A stretch of DNA of 64,000 bases, taken from positions 4,973 to 68,972 of the forward strand of contig CAWFEO010000003.1 of NCBI GenBank assembly GCA_963814885.1, in the 5' to 3' direction. The notes beneath the pieces were generated by a model. The model did no database searches. It was not told where the DNA came from and saw only the letters and a program-made list of their open reading frames with translations. Positions 45,856 to 55,469 of the stretch are shown piece after piece. Position 1 is the stretch's first letter. The number at the start of each line of letters is the position of its first letter. Made by a program: the position numbers and the translations under genes. The DNA comes from an uncultured Alphaproteobacteria bacterium (GTDB lineage Bacteria; Pseudomonadota; Alphaproteobacteria; Rhizobiales; Xanthobacteraceae).

Positions 45856-48786
45856 CTACACAATAATATGGTTAATACTGTGTTGCAGATCGGTGGCGGA
45901 GATGCCCGCGAGCGTTACGGTGTCGCCGTTTCCAAAATCCAGTACCGCGTCGCCGGTCGTGTTTGATGTCAGCAGGGACAAAATATGGCTGATCTGATCC
46001 GCGGTCATGTTGGGCCCGAGATGGGCCGAATCTTGACCGTTGTTGTAATCGATCGAATCCGCGCCGAGCTGGAAATTCAACGCCGTATCGGTGCCGATGC
46101 CGGGCATGAACGAGAAGGTATCCGCCGCCACGCTGCCCCATGAGATCGAAACCGTTTGGGTCAACTGCCCGCCCGGCGCGCCGTCATCGATGGCGACATT
46201 ATAGGACTGGGTGATGGTGTCGCCATTCGGCAAGCCGTTGAGCTCGGTGCTCGTCAGGTTGAAATGCCAATCGACCGAGCCTGGCGTATTGCCATTCCCT
46301 TCCGTCACGTTGCTGTTGTCGTTTTGGGGGTCATCGAGCACGAAGGCGCCGACATAGTTGTTCCCAATGGCTTGCGCGGTCGCCGTATGCGTATCTGTCG
46401 GATCGGCGTCCGTGAATTGGATCGTGCCATTCGCCACCGGCGCGGCGCTGACGTTGCCCGACAGCACCTGAAATATATCGACGCCGGCGATGCCCGTATT
46501 TCCTAACGTGCTTTCGAGCGCAAGCGTCGCATTCTGATCGCCGGAGCCGGCTAATTCGAAATAATGAACGCCATCGCCAGATGAATAACCGGCGCGCGCC
46601 GCTGCTCCGGCGCTAAAGTCGCCCGAGGTCCAGTTGATGTCCTCGTAGCGGAACACGATATCAAAATTGCCGTCGCCAAATCCGATCAGTTGCATCTGGA
46701 AGGCGTTGACGGCGTCCGTGTGCGAAAAATAGGAGCCGACATCATCCCAGGTAATCGTCATCACATGATTCAGCGCATCCAAGCTGTAGTAAACTTGGTT
46801 CGATCCAGTCGAATTCCCGCCCGGTGACGCGGTCGTAGCACCGCCTCGCGTATCCACGTCCGCCCAAAACGGGGCAATGATCGGATTGTTTTCACCGCCC
46901 GTGATCTGAAACGGGGTATACGTACTGTGCGGGCCGGCGAATGTGATGTTGCCGTTGGAGTTGATGTAGAGCGTATCGTAGGTTTGCCCGAAGAAATCCA
47001 GTCCCGTCCCGAATACCGCGGTGATGTCGATGGCAAGTGAAGAGCCATCATCGCTTTGGTTGCCGCCGACGCCGGTATAGTCCGGCTGAAATGTGACGGG
47101 CTGTCCAAAACCGGAAGTCCCACCCAGCGTATTGATCAAATTATGATCGGCAATGAGATACGCCGCTGCGACCGCTGACAAGGTTGCGGTGGACGTCCCT
47201 TGCGACGAAGTAACACCGGCGAGGATCGGCACTTCATTGTTGTGCTCGACCGTGATCGGGATGATCTCAGTGGTTGTCGTTTGACCGTCATTGGTCGCAA
47301 TCGTTAGCGACGCAGGCCCAGAATAGCCTGGTTCCGGATTAAAGGTCAGACTGGCAAGCGCCGTATTGATATCGATCTGTAACCCGCTGAAGGTCATGGC
47401 CGGATCGTCCTGCCCATCACCTTGCGTAAATGTCAGTCCGGATAGGGTGCCCAGGCTGATTGTGCCGTGCTCACCCGTGAGCATCACCGTCAGAACATCC
47501 GTATCGGGATCGAAGACGGTTGGGTCGTTGGGGGCAGGAAAATCAAACGGCTGGTTGGCGGGGACCGTCTCATTCAACGGCGCGAAAATTTTCGGCGGCA
47601 GGTTGGCCGGTTCCGGCACCGGGAAACTGTACAATATCTCTTCGGTCGTTCCGGTAAGGGGATTGGTCTCGGTGGTCGTGACGTTAACCGTGAAGGTGTC
47701 CGGGCTATCGCTACCGTCTGTGTCGCCGGCGCCGTTGTTGGAAGCGTTCTGGATGTTCGCGGGAAGCGTGAATTCGATCTGCGTATGCGGATGATCGTTC
47801 GATTGCGGATTGGGGTTGTTCTGATACTGCTGGAGTATCTGCTCGCCGATCGCCTGCACGTTGATGATGTGCTGGAGCGCGGAGAGTTCGGTCGCCAATT
47901 CCTGCGGCGACTTTTGCACTTCCTCGGCCAAGATCTGCAACGGTCCCACCGGCCGCACGATGATCAGCGGGCCGTTCTGCACGACGTTGGCAATGACGTT
48001 GTTGTTGCTATCGAGAATGACCGCGCCGGTCGCGCTTTGCGACACATAAAAATGCACCGTCCCGTCGCTCGAATTCGTCACGCCGCCGACGGTGCCGCGA
48101 ATGCCCATGGTGGCGACCGGCGTGCCGATTTTCATGTCGCCGGTATGCGCAACCTGGCCCGAAATGAAGGTCAGCGAGCCCTGGACGAGATTAAGAATTT
48201 CCGAATTCGCCGTTCCGTGCGGGTCGAAGACGAATTCATTGACCACGAGGCGGGAATTCGAAGTCAGGTTGAGCGTGCTGCCGTCGTTGAAGGTGACGCC
48301 GAGCATGCCGCTGCCGGTCTGCAGCACGTCGCCTTTGAGCACGGCGTCGCCGGACGCGACCGTGATGGCAACGCCGTTGCGCAGGATGGTGGCATTGCCG
48401 CTCACCGCGGCGACGCGGCCGACCGCCTGGGCGTTCGTTTGCGTTGCCGTGGCTTGCGCGTATTGGCCGGCAGCCAGCGGACCCGCGAGCGCATCCACCA
48501 CGTTGGGCGCAAGCGCGGCGCCTTCCGGCGACAGCAGCGTCGGATGTTTATCGGAGGCGAAGTAATCGTGAACGGTGGCGGTCTTGCCGTCGTCGCCGGT
48601 CAGGACCAAATCCGATCCGGCGCGCTTGAATTCGGCATTGAACAGCAAATGCGCGTCGGGAATCGTCGCCGTCGGGCCGTTCGCGTTGTCGTCGATCGAA
48701 ATGACCGTCTTGCCGGCGTCCGCTACGGCGTCGTGCGCCTGGAAAGCAAAATGCTGACCATCCAAATCGTCTACGCTTCGCAGCAT
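45856..48786 (-). CDS. Large T1SS passenger/adhesin-like protein: N-terminal domain, FecR-like, cadherin/Ig-like, nidogen (NIDO)-like, VCBS-like, C-terminal secretion signal
   Basis: FecR-like GDVLQTG...TPVATMGIRGT; Ig-like LASLTFNP..GYSGPASLTIATND; NIDO-like LYINSNGNITF...IAPFWADVDTRGG...TWDDVG...FDIVFRY; VCBS-like GTIQFTDADPTDTH...ITQSYNV; C-terminal LDFGNGDTVTLAGI; no signal peptide; directly upstream of the T1SS genes. Confidence 0.85.
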   Translation of the reverse strand: MLRSVDDLDGQHFAFQAHDAVADAGKTVISIDDNANGPTATIPDAHLLFNAEFKRAGSDLVLTGDDGKTATVHDYFASDKHPTLLSPEGAALAPNVVDALAGPLAAGQYAQATATQTNAQAVGRVAAVSGNATILRNGVAITVASGDAVLKGDVLQTGSGMLGVTFNDGSTLNLTSNSRLVVNEFVFDPHGTANSEILNLVQGSLTFISGQVAHTGDMKIGTPVATMGIRGTVGGVTNSSDGTVHFYVSQSATGAVILDSNNNVIANVVQNGPLIIVRPVGPLQILAEEVQKSPQELATELSALQHIINVQAIGEQILQQYQNNPNPQSNDHPHTQIEFTLPANIQNASNNGAGDTDGSDSPDTFTVNVTTTETNPLTGTTEEILYSFPVPEPANLPPKIFAPLNETVPANQPFDFPAPNDPTVFDPDTDVLTVMLTGEHGTISLGTLSGLTFTQGDGQDDPAMTFSGLQIDINTALASLTFNPEPGYSGPASLTIATNDGQTTTTEIIPITVEHNNEVPILAGVTSSQGTSTATLSAVAAAYLIADHNLINTLGGTSGFGQPVTFQPDYTGVGGNQSDDGSSLAIDITAVFGTGLDFFGQTYDTLYINSNGNITFAGPHSTYTPFQITGGENNPIIAPFWADVDTRGGATTASPGGNSTGSNQVYYSLDALNHVMTITWDDVGSYFSHTDAVNAFQMQLIGFGDGNFDIVFRYEDINWTSGDFSAGAAARAGYSSGDGVHYFELAGSGDQNATLALESTLGNTGIAGVDIFQVLSGNVSAAPVANGTIQFTDADPTDTHTATAQAIGNNYVGAFVLDDPQNDNSNVTEGNGNTPGSVDWHFNLTSTELNGLPNGDTITQSYNVAIDDGAPGGQLTQTVSISWGSVAADTFSFMPGIGTDTALNFQLGADSIDYNNGQDSAHLGPNMTADQISHILSLLTSNTTGDAVLDFGNGDTVTLAGISATDLQHSINHIIV

Positions 48787-49210
48787 GGCGCGCGTCCCTC
48801 TGTGGCCTTGAGCGGTCAGTTTGTTGTTGTTCTGGGTTTAGAGCCCCCCGGCCGGGCTAATTAACGAATTCTTATCGATACTTACCGGTTAGTCAATGCG
48901 CAAAACGGCCGCAAGCATGTGAAATTACGGGCATATTGTTAATTGCCGGGCGCGCCGAGCCGGCCTCAACTTTTCTCTGTGGCCAGCAAAGATTCAACGC
49001 AAATTTTGCACAATTGAGCGGCAACCCGGTCATTTACCGCTTAAGCAACGCGCACCGCCTCCCGCTCGCGGCAGCCAACCCGCCGGCCGAGCAAACCTCC
49101 GCGGCGGCAAATCCAGGTAGCGGGAGGGCGCGGCAGTCTCGTAGTCTCGCCTCAACTGCTCAGGACACCGCAAAGCCCCGAATCGGGAACCGTCAGCGCC
49201 AACCTTTCCT

Positions 49211-50374
49211 ATGCCCCACCCCCGCACCGAAGAATTGATTGACCTGTTCGGGTCACTGAGACGCAGTGCCTATGGCATTGTGCAGTATTCCGTTTTGGCC
49301 ATCGGCCTGGCGGCAATGACGGCGATGACAATCCCCGGCCTGGGCGCCCGCTGGGAGACCTGGCTCGCCCTCACGCTCTGGTGCTGCCTCGGTTTTTACG
49401 CCGCCGAACTGGCGAACAAATCCTGGCCACGTGCCGACGCCAAAACCGCGCCCAGCTATCTGCTCACCGGTCCGGGCATAATCGACCTTTTGGCGGTGTT
49501 GCCGGTCCCGCTCGCTCTGCTGGCCGGAGCGCCGACCGACGCAGCCTGGCTGTTGGCCTCACTTTGGCTGCTCAAGCTTGCGCCCGTGGTCCCGGGATTG
49601 TCGCTGCTCTGGCACGTCATCGAGCAGGAAGCGCGGCCGCTGGCGAGCGTTTTCGTCATTTTCCTGATCGTTCTCCTGTTGTCCGCCGTGGCGCTTTATT
49701 TGGTCGAGCGCGCGGGCCAGCCGGAACAGTTCGGCAGCGTGCCGCGCTCACTGTGGTGGGCGGTGGCGACGCTGACCACCACCGGCTACGGCGACGCCGT
49801 GCCACAAACTCTCCTTGGCCGCATGATTGCGGCGCTGGTCATGATCTGCGGCCTCGGCGTGTTCGGGTTGTGGGCCGGCATTCTCGCGACCGGTTTTGCC
49901 GCCGAACACCGGCGCCGTGAATTCGTGCAAAACTGGGACCTGGTGACGAGCGTGCCCTTCCTGCGCAATCTCGACGCCCCTTCCGTCATCGAGCTGACGC
50001 GCATGTTGCGCCGGCTCGATCTGGCGGAGCGCAATATTGTAGTGCGGCGCGGGCGGCCGGGCGACTGCATGTATTTCATCGCTTCCGGAGAGGTTGAAGT
50101 AAGGCTCGAGCCACAACCGATCCGGCTCGGCGCGGGCGCGTTCTTTGGCGAGTTCGCGTTGCTCGACGGCAGCCCACGCACGGCGACGGTGGTGACGACG
50201 ACACCCTCGACCTTGCTGATCCTGGAGGTTGCCGACTTTCGCGCCTTCACCGCGCATCATCCTGAGCTTGCGCAGGCGATCGAGGACGAGGCCGCACGCC
50301 GAAAGCAAGCTCAAGAACGGCCTCGGCACGGGCACGCGGCCGCGCCGGCAATTCCTGGAAAGCAGCGCCGATGA
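49211..50374 (+). CDS. Cyclic-nucleotide-regulated K+ channel (MloK1-like)
   Basis: 6 TM; FGSVPRSLWWAVATLTTTGYGD selectivity filter; GLWAGILATGF; cNMP domain FFGEFALLDGSPRTATV. Confidence 0.92.
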   Translation: MPHPRTEELIDLFGSLRRSAYGIVQYSVLAIGLAAMTAMTIPGLGARWETWLALTLWCCLGFYAAELANKSWPRADAKTAPSYLLTGPGIIDLLAVLPVPLALLAGAPTDAAWLLASLWLLKLAPVVPGLSLLWHVIEQEARPLASVFVIFLIVLLLSAVALYLVERAGQPEQFGSVPRSLWWAVATLTTTGYGDAVPQTLLGRMIAALVMICGLGVFGLWAGILATGFAAEHRRREFVQNWDLVTSVPFLRNLDAPSVIELTRMLRRLDLAERNIVVRRGRPGDCMYFIASGEVEVRLEPQPIRLGAGAFFGEFALLDGSPRTATVVTTTPSTLLILEVADFRAFTAHHPELAQAIEDEAARRKQAQERPRHGHAAAPAIPGKQRR

Positions 50375-50514
50375 TCGATTCGCCGGTGCCGTCTTCGCCG
50401 CCGTGTCACAAAGGCAGTTTGCTTGAACTGTTGATTGCCTCGCGTTCATCGCGCGCACGGAATAGAATGCCGTGCGCCGATGGTTTAAGAATGCTGGACA
50501 CCGGGTAAGTTGCC

Positions 50515-51333
50515 ATGCGCATCCGATTTTGGGGAGTTCGAGGAAGTATTGCCTGTCCCGGACCGGAGACTATTCGCTATGGCGGCAATACGCCTTGCAT
50601 CGAAGTGCGCTGCGGCAAACATGCGTTGATTTTCGATGGCGGCACCGGGTTGCGGGCGCTCGGCAATGCGCTCATCAAGGACAAGACAATTCGCGAATGC
50701 GATATTTTCCTCACTCATTGTCACCTCGATCACGTCACTGGGCTGCCGTTCTTCGCGCCTTTTTTCACCGAGGGATATCGCGTCCGGATCTGGGCGGGAA
50801 ATTTGCTCCCCGCCGACAGTATCGAACATGTAATGCGAAAGCTGATGAGCTCGCCTTTGTTTCCGGTCGAGGTTGAGATCTTCAAGGCCACAATCGAGTT
50901 TCACGATTTCAGCTCCGGCGACATTCTGCGCCCTTATGACGACGTGACGTTACGAACCGCGCCGCTCGATCACCCGGACGGCGCCAGCGGCTATCGCCTC
51001 GAGCACGGCGGAAGCGTGTTCTCGCTGATCAGCGACACCGAGGGCTTTCCGGGCAAGCACGACAAAGAGCTCGTCGCGCTCGGCCGTGACGCCGACCTGA
51101 TCGTTTATGACGCTACTTTCACCGAAGAGGAAATCGCCTCCCGGCGCGGATGGGGGCATTCCACGTGGACGCGCGGGATTCGCCTGGCCGAAGCAGCCGG
51201 CGCAAAGCAGCTATGTCTTTTTCATCACGATCCGTCGCACGATGACGATTTTATGGATGTCCTCGCCGCCGATGCGAACGATGCGCGGCCCGGCACGATT
51301 GCGGCACGCGAAGGTCAAATCATCGACATCTGA
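50515..51333 (+). CDS. MBL-fold metallo-hydrolase (RNase Z/PhnP-like; candidate cNMP phosphodiesterase)
   Basis: MRIRFWGVRGS, YGGNTPCIE, THCHLDH (HxHxDH), SDTE, GWGHS, FHHDP. Confidence 0.85.
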   Translation: MRIRFWGVRGSIACPGPETIRYGGNTPCIEVRCGKHALIFDGGTGLRALGNALIKDKTIRECDIFLTHCHLDHVTGLPFFAPFFTEGYRVRIWAGNLLPADSIEHVMRKLMSSPLFPVEVEIFKATIEFHDFSSGDILRPYDDVTLRTAPLDHPDGASGYRLEHGGSVFSLISDTEGFPGKHDKELVALGRDADLIVYDATFTEEEIASRRGWGHSTWTRGIRLAEAAGAKQLCLFHHDPSHDDDFMDVLAADANDARPGTIAAREGQIIDI

Positions 51334-51464
51334 TCGCAGCGACTGCCGACTCTCCTGCGACACAGCGCGCACCCGGCCTGTCCCGAGTCTGGCGTCGCTG
51401 CGCGATTGACGGTATTTTGCCGCGCCGCGGACGGCCCAACCAATGCGTGAGGGGGAAAGGCGTA

Positions 51465-52106
51465 ATGGATATCCACGACTTTACTGTCGGCTTGGGATTT
51501 GTTGGGGGAATCCTTTACATCGCCAGTCACTATATGAAGACCATGGTGCCGTTGCGGGTCTGTGAAATCGCAAGCAACGCGCTCTTCGTCGTTTACGGCG
51601 CCATGTACCCGTCCTGGCCGACGCTGGCGCTGTACGGCATTCTCGTGCCGCTGAACTCCCTGCGGCTCTACGAAATGCTTCAACTCATCAAGAAGGTGCG
51701 CACCGCGTCGCAAGGCGATCTGTCGATGGATTGGCTGAAGCCGTTCATGCACAAGCACAGCTACAAGCAGGGCTCGGTACTGTTCAATAAGGGCGACCAT
51801 GCCGAGGAGATGTTCTACATCGTAAGCGGCCGGTTGCACGTCAAGGAACTGGGCTTGGAGCTTCCACCCGGTCACATGGTGGGCGAGCTTGGATTTTTGA
51901 CGCCCGATCACCAGCGCACCCAAACGGTCGAATGCCTCGACGACGTTGAGATGCTGGCCATTTCCTACGACAAGGTGAGGGAGCTTTATTTCCAGAATCC
52001 GTCTTTTGGATTCTATCTCCTGAGGGTCGCCAGCGAGCGGCTGCTGCAGAACGTCGACCGTATGGAGCGGGAGCTCGAGGCCCGCGCCAATCCGGCGCCG
52101 GCGTAA
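51465..52106 (+). CDS. 3-TM membrane protein with C-terminal cNMP-binding domain (Popeye-like architecture)
   Basis: YMKTMVPLRV...PLNSLRLYEM membrane region; LFNKGD.AEEMFYIVSG, VGELGFLTPDHQRTQTV. Confidence 0.8.
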   Translation: MDIHDFTVGLGFVGGILYIASHYMKTMVPLRVCEIASNALFVVYGAMYPSWPTLALYGILVPLNSLRLYEMLQLIKKVRTASQGDLSMDWLKPFMHKHSYKQGSVLFNKGDHAEEMFYIVSGRLHVKELGLELPPGHMVGELGFLTPDHQRTQTVECLDDVEMLAISYDKVRELYFQNPSFGFYLLRVASERLLQNVDRMERELEARANPAPA

Positions 52107-52109
52107 AGG

Positions 52110-54341
52110 TCAACTGGTGGCGTGCCGGAGATCTTCCGACGTCCGGCGCAACCGGCGCGCAAGCTCCCGCGCCGTATTACGCATGACCGTCGCCGCGATC
52201 GCCGGGTTCTCGCGTGAGAGCACGCCGAAATCGTCACCACTAAGCTCATAGCAAGTGACGTCCTCGTCCGCCACGATGGTGGCCGAGCGCCGCGCCCCCT
52301 CGATCAAAGCCATTTCGCCGAACACGGTGCCGCGCGTCAGGCTGGTGATCCGGCGGCTTACGCGACTATCGGCGACATCGAGGCGGACGCTGACGCTGCC
52401 TTTGACTAACAGCCACATCTTGTCTCCCGGATCGCCCTCGTGGCAGATCGCTTCGCCCGCCTTGAATTCGCGCAGCTTCAGGACCTGACGAAGCTGCGCC
52501 AAATCCTGCTCGGGAACGCCGTCGAAGAAATCGATCTCCTCGAGCGAGAGCGCGGCGGCCTGGCCCTGCTGATCAGAATTGCCGCGCAACGTCTCGTCTT
52601 CCATCCATTCCAGCGTCGATTCCAGATCTGGCTTGATCGCGGCCTCCGCCGCTTCCGAACTGTCGAACAAATCCTGCACAATCGCCATTTGCGCGGCCGG
52701 AACGTTGCAGAAGAACAGGCGTTTGCCCTGCTGACGGCTCCGGCTCACCAAATTGTTCAGAATATTGGCTCCGGACACGTCGATGTCGGTGATTGCCCTC
52801 ATGTCGAGAGCGACCATGTCGGCGCGGCCGAACAGTTCTTTGATTTCGTGTGCAAGATCTTCGGCGTTGCCAAAGAAGAGCACGCCTTCGAGCTGCAGAA
52901 CGGCGCGGCGCTCCCCGGCACGCTGCAAAAATTTTATGTCGTCGGCCGAGCGGATACGCTTGGAAAAACGCTCGTTGCCCCAAAATCGGCGCCGCACCAC
53001 CGGCCGGCTCATATTGATGACGAAGATGATGACCGACAGCAGGCAACCTGCGATCACGCCTGTGACGACCGTGGTCGCCGCGGTGATGCCCATCACCGCG
53101 GCGACTACGATGAGATCGTACAATGAGCGCTGCCAGCCGAGCGGCGACGATTTGCGCACGACCTGGCCGAGCAGGCGCAAGCTCCAACGGTCGAATATCA
53201 TGATGCCGATAGCGAGCAGGACGGCGGACAGGACGGCATTCGGAACCGCCGCCACCGCGTCTGAGAACAATACCCCAACGATCAAAATGAAAGCCGCGGC
53301 GGTGATGCCCGTGATGCGCGTGCGGCCGCCGTTGTGGTAGGCCGCCACCAGCAGGTTCGGCGTCATGGCGCAGGCGATGGGGGCGACCAGCGCGGCGACG
53401 CAATTGCCGCATCCTTGCGCGACCAAATCGCGAACCGGGCGGACCTCCTGGTCGGAGACCGATTGTGCGACACGCAACGCCATCAAGCTCTCCAGACTGG
53501 CAACGAGCGCGAGGACAAGTGAAACCAGCAGGATGTGCCAGCCGATGGTCCAAAGCTGCGCCGCATTGGCCGGCTGCAATGCCTGCAATAGTGGCGAGGC
53601 AAGCTTGATCGCCGGCTTTCCGACCGTCGGTCCGAGGTCAAGTGCCGGCTGCAGCCATTTGACCAGATGGTAGACGATGATGCCGAACCCGAAGGCAATG
53701 ATCGTTCCCGGTATTCTTGCCAGCGACGCGGGCAAAGCGAGTTTATTCACCAATGAACGATAAAAGATCGCCAGCAGCGCCAAGGCGACGATAAAAGCGA
53801 GCATGAGCGGGCGTTTAGGCAGCGCCAGCGCCGAGCTCGCACTATCGAAAAAGAACGGCATGATCTGCGACTTGATAATCAGCAGCGCCACGCCGTTGAT
53901 GAAGCCGGCGAACACCGGATGCGGCGTGAATTTGATGATCCCCGCGACCCGGAACAGGCCGAACAGCATCTGCCAGATGCCGGCCAGGAACACACACAGC
54001 GCCGCCGCGCCAAGGACCAAGCGCGGAGTTCCCGCAAACGCCGGATTGGCGAGCGTCGCCGCAATCAGGCTGGCAAGCACCAGCGAGGGGCTGCCGCGCG
54101 GACAGGTGATCGTGAACGACGACTTCGCCACCAGCGCGGCGACGGTGCCGGCCGCGATAGCGCCGTAGAGGCCAGCGGCCGCGCCTTCGGCAACGTAGGC
54201 TGGACCCAAAGGACCAAAAACAAGAACACCGGCGGCAAGGCAGATCGGCAAGGCGAGGATGCCGACAATGAGGCCAGCGACGATGTCGTGCTGCCATCGC
54301 GACAAGGCGGGCGCGCGAACTTCCGATGCCTCGACGGCCAT
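52110..54341 (-). CDS. SulP/SLC26-family transporter with STAS and cNMP-binding domains
   Basis: DIVAGLIVG, FTPHPVFAGFING, LESLMAL, LVAQGCGN, GGRTR; STAS LEGVLFFGNA...DVSGA; cNMP FGEMALIEGARRSATI. Confidence 0.9.
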   Translation of the reverse strand: MAVEASEVRAPALSRWQHDIVAGLIVGILALPICLAAGVLVFGPLGPAYVAEGAAAGLYGAIAAGTVAALVAKSSFTITCPRGSPSLVLASLIAATLANPAFAGTPRLVLGAAALCVFLAGIWQMLFGLFRVAGIIKFTPHPVFAGFINGVALLIIKSQIMPFFFDSASSALALPKRPLMLAFIVALALLAIFYRSLVNKLALPASLARIPGTIIAFGFGIIVYHLVKWLQPALDLGPTVGKPAIKLASPLLQALQPANAAQLWTIGWHILLVSLVLALVASLESLMALRVAQSVSDQEVRPVRDLVAQGCGNCVAALVAPIACAMTPNLLVAAYHNGGRTRITGITAAAFILIVGVLFSDAVAAVPNAVLSAVLLAIGIMIFDRWSLRLLGQVVRKSSPLGWQRSLYDLIVVAAVMGITAATTVVTGVIAGCLLSVIIFVINMSRPVVRRRFWGNERFSKRIRSADDIKFLQRAGERRAVLQLEGVLFFGNAEDLAHEIKELFGRADMVALDMRAITDIDVSGANILNNLVSRSRQQGKRLFFCNVPAAQMAIVQDLFDSSEAAEAAIKPDLESTLEWMEDETLRGNSDQQGQAAALSLEEIDFFDGVPEQDLAQLRQVLKLREFKAGEAICHEGDPGDKMWLLVKGSVSVRLDVADSRVSRRITSLTRGTVFGEMALIEGARRSATIVADEDVTCYELSGDDFGVLSRENPAIAATVMRNTARELARRLRRTSEDLRHATS

Positions 54342-54676
54342 GCCCGCAGGCCCCCTACCCCGGACCGCTCAACGTCCCTGCGCAATCACACCACAGAAGC
54401 CAGCACGGGCCAAGCAATGGCGTCGCGCGGGTTTCCTGGTTTCGTCATTTTCGCCGGCCGCCGGCCGGCGCTAACGAATGAGTCACCAAAACTGCGGCGA
54501 TTCATTCAAAATTGAACGACCGTCGTAGGCTACCATTCACCACAGCCGATGGAGCGGTTCCATATCGGCGCCCGCTTAACCGGGCCGAAAAGCTCCGCGC
54601 CCTAGCGTCGCTCCTGCACGACGGGGAAAACGGTCCAAGAAGGCCGGCACCACGCCCCGCGCGCAGGGGCGTCTGA

Positions 54677-55459
54677 GTGCGTATTTCGTTGCAATTGCGC
54701 GCGGTAGCGCGCGTCCTGGCGGTTCTTGGTCTCGTTGGCCCGTGTGCCAGCGGGGCGATAGCGCGGTCCGTGCCGGAACTGCGGCCCGCCACGCTGAGCC
54801 CGACGGAAATCGTTCCACAACATGCCGCGCCGCCGACGTACCGCGGACCGTTCGGCCTGACAGATTCCGAGGACAGCCCATTGTCCGCGCGCTGGCGCGG
54901 CTTGCAATCGGCCATCCGCATGGAAACGCAAATATTGGCGCTGTGCCGTTCCAATCCGGCAATTTGTCCGCCTGCCGCGGCGCGCTTCCTGGCCATTGTC
55001 GAAAGCGCGCGCGCCCGCAGCGGCCGCGCGCGCGTCGGCGAAGTCAACCGCGCGGTCAATCTCGCGATCCGGCCGGCGAGCGATCTCGCCAGGTTCGGCG
55101 TAGCGGATGTGTGGGCGACGCCGCTCATGACATTCGCCGCCGGCGCCGGCGATTGCGAAGACTATGCCATTGCCAAATATGTGGCCTTGCGCCAGGCCGG
55201 CGTAGCCGACGAAGACCTGCGGCTCGTGATTGTACATGACCGCCTGGTCGGACAAGACCACGCGGTCGTCGCTGCGCGGGTCGAAGGAGACTGGCTCATC
55301 CTCGACAACCGCACCATGTTGTTGCCGAACGACGCGCATGTGCGCAATGTGAAGCCACTGCTCGCGCTCGGCAGCGGCGGCAAGGACCGCGCGCCCTTCA
55401 CCATCGCGACGCCGCAGCAGCAACCTGATGCCGGCCTGGCGCTGGCCAGCCGCAACTAG
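54677..55459 (+). CDS. Bacterial transglutaminase-like cysteine peptidase (BTLCP/C93, LapG-like), exported
   Basis: EVNRAVN, DVWATP, GDCEDYAIAKY (Cys), DHAVV (His), LILDN (Asp); N-terminal signal-like segment; GTG start. Confidence 0.9.
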   Translation: MRISLQLRAVARVLAVLGLVGPCASGAIARSVPELRPATLSPTEIVPQHAAPPTYRGPFGLTDSEDSPLSARWRGLQSAIRMETQILALCRSNPAICPPAAARFLAIVESARARSGRARVGEVNRAVNLAIRPASDLARFGVADVWATPLMTFAAGAGDCEDYAIAKYVALRQAGVADEDLRLVIVHDRLVGQDHAVVAARVEGDWLILDNRTMLLPNDAHVRNVKPLLALGSGGKDRAPFTIATPQQQPDAGLALASRN

Positions 55460-55469
55460 CCGTCAGTTT

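Noticed and set aside
45856-46200. Calling the passenger an RTX toxin
   Set aside because: No GGxGxDxL nonapeptide repeats and no acyltransferase or pore-forming domain seen
46080-47500. Visibly lower GC in the NIDO/VCBS-coding part of the adhesin as evidence of a horizontally swapped module
   Set aside because: Asn/Thr/Asp-rich secreted domains lower GC by composition alone; a GC3/codon-usage computation is needed
48790-49210. Crp/Clr-type binding site in the adhesin/channel divergent promoter (TGTGA at about 48918)
   Set aside because: The second half-site does not match TCACA or AACA, and no Crp-family HTH regulator is encoded in the window
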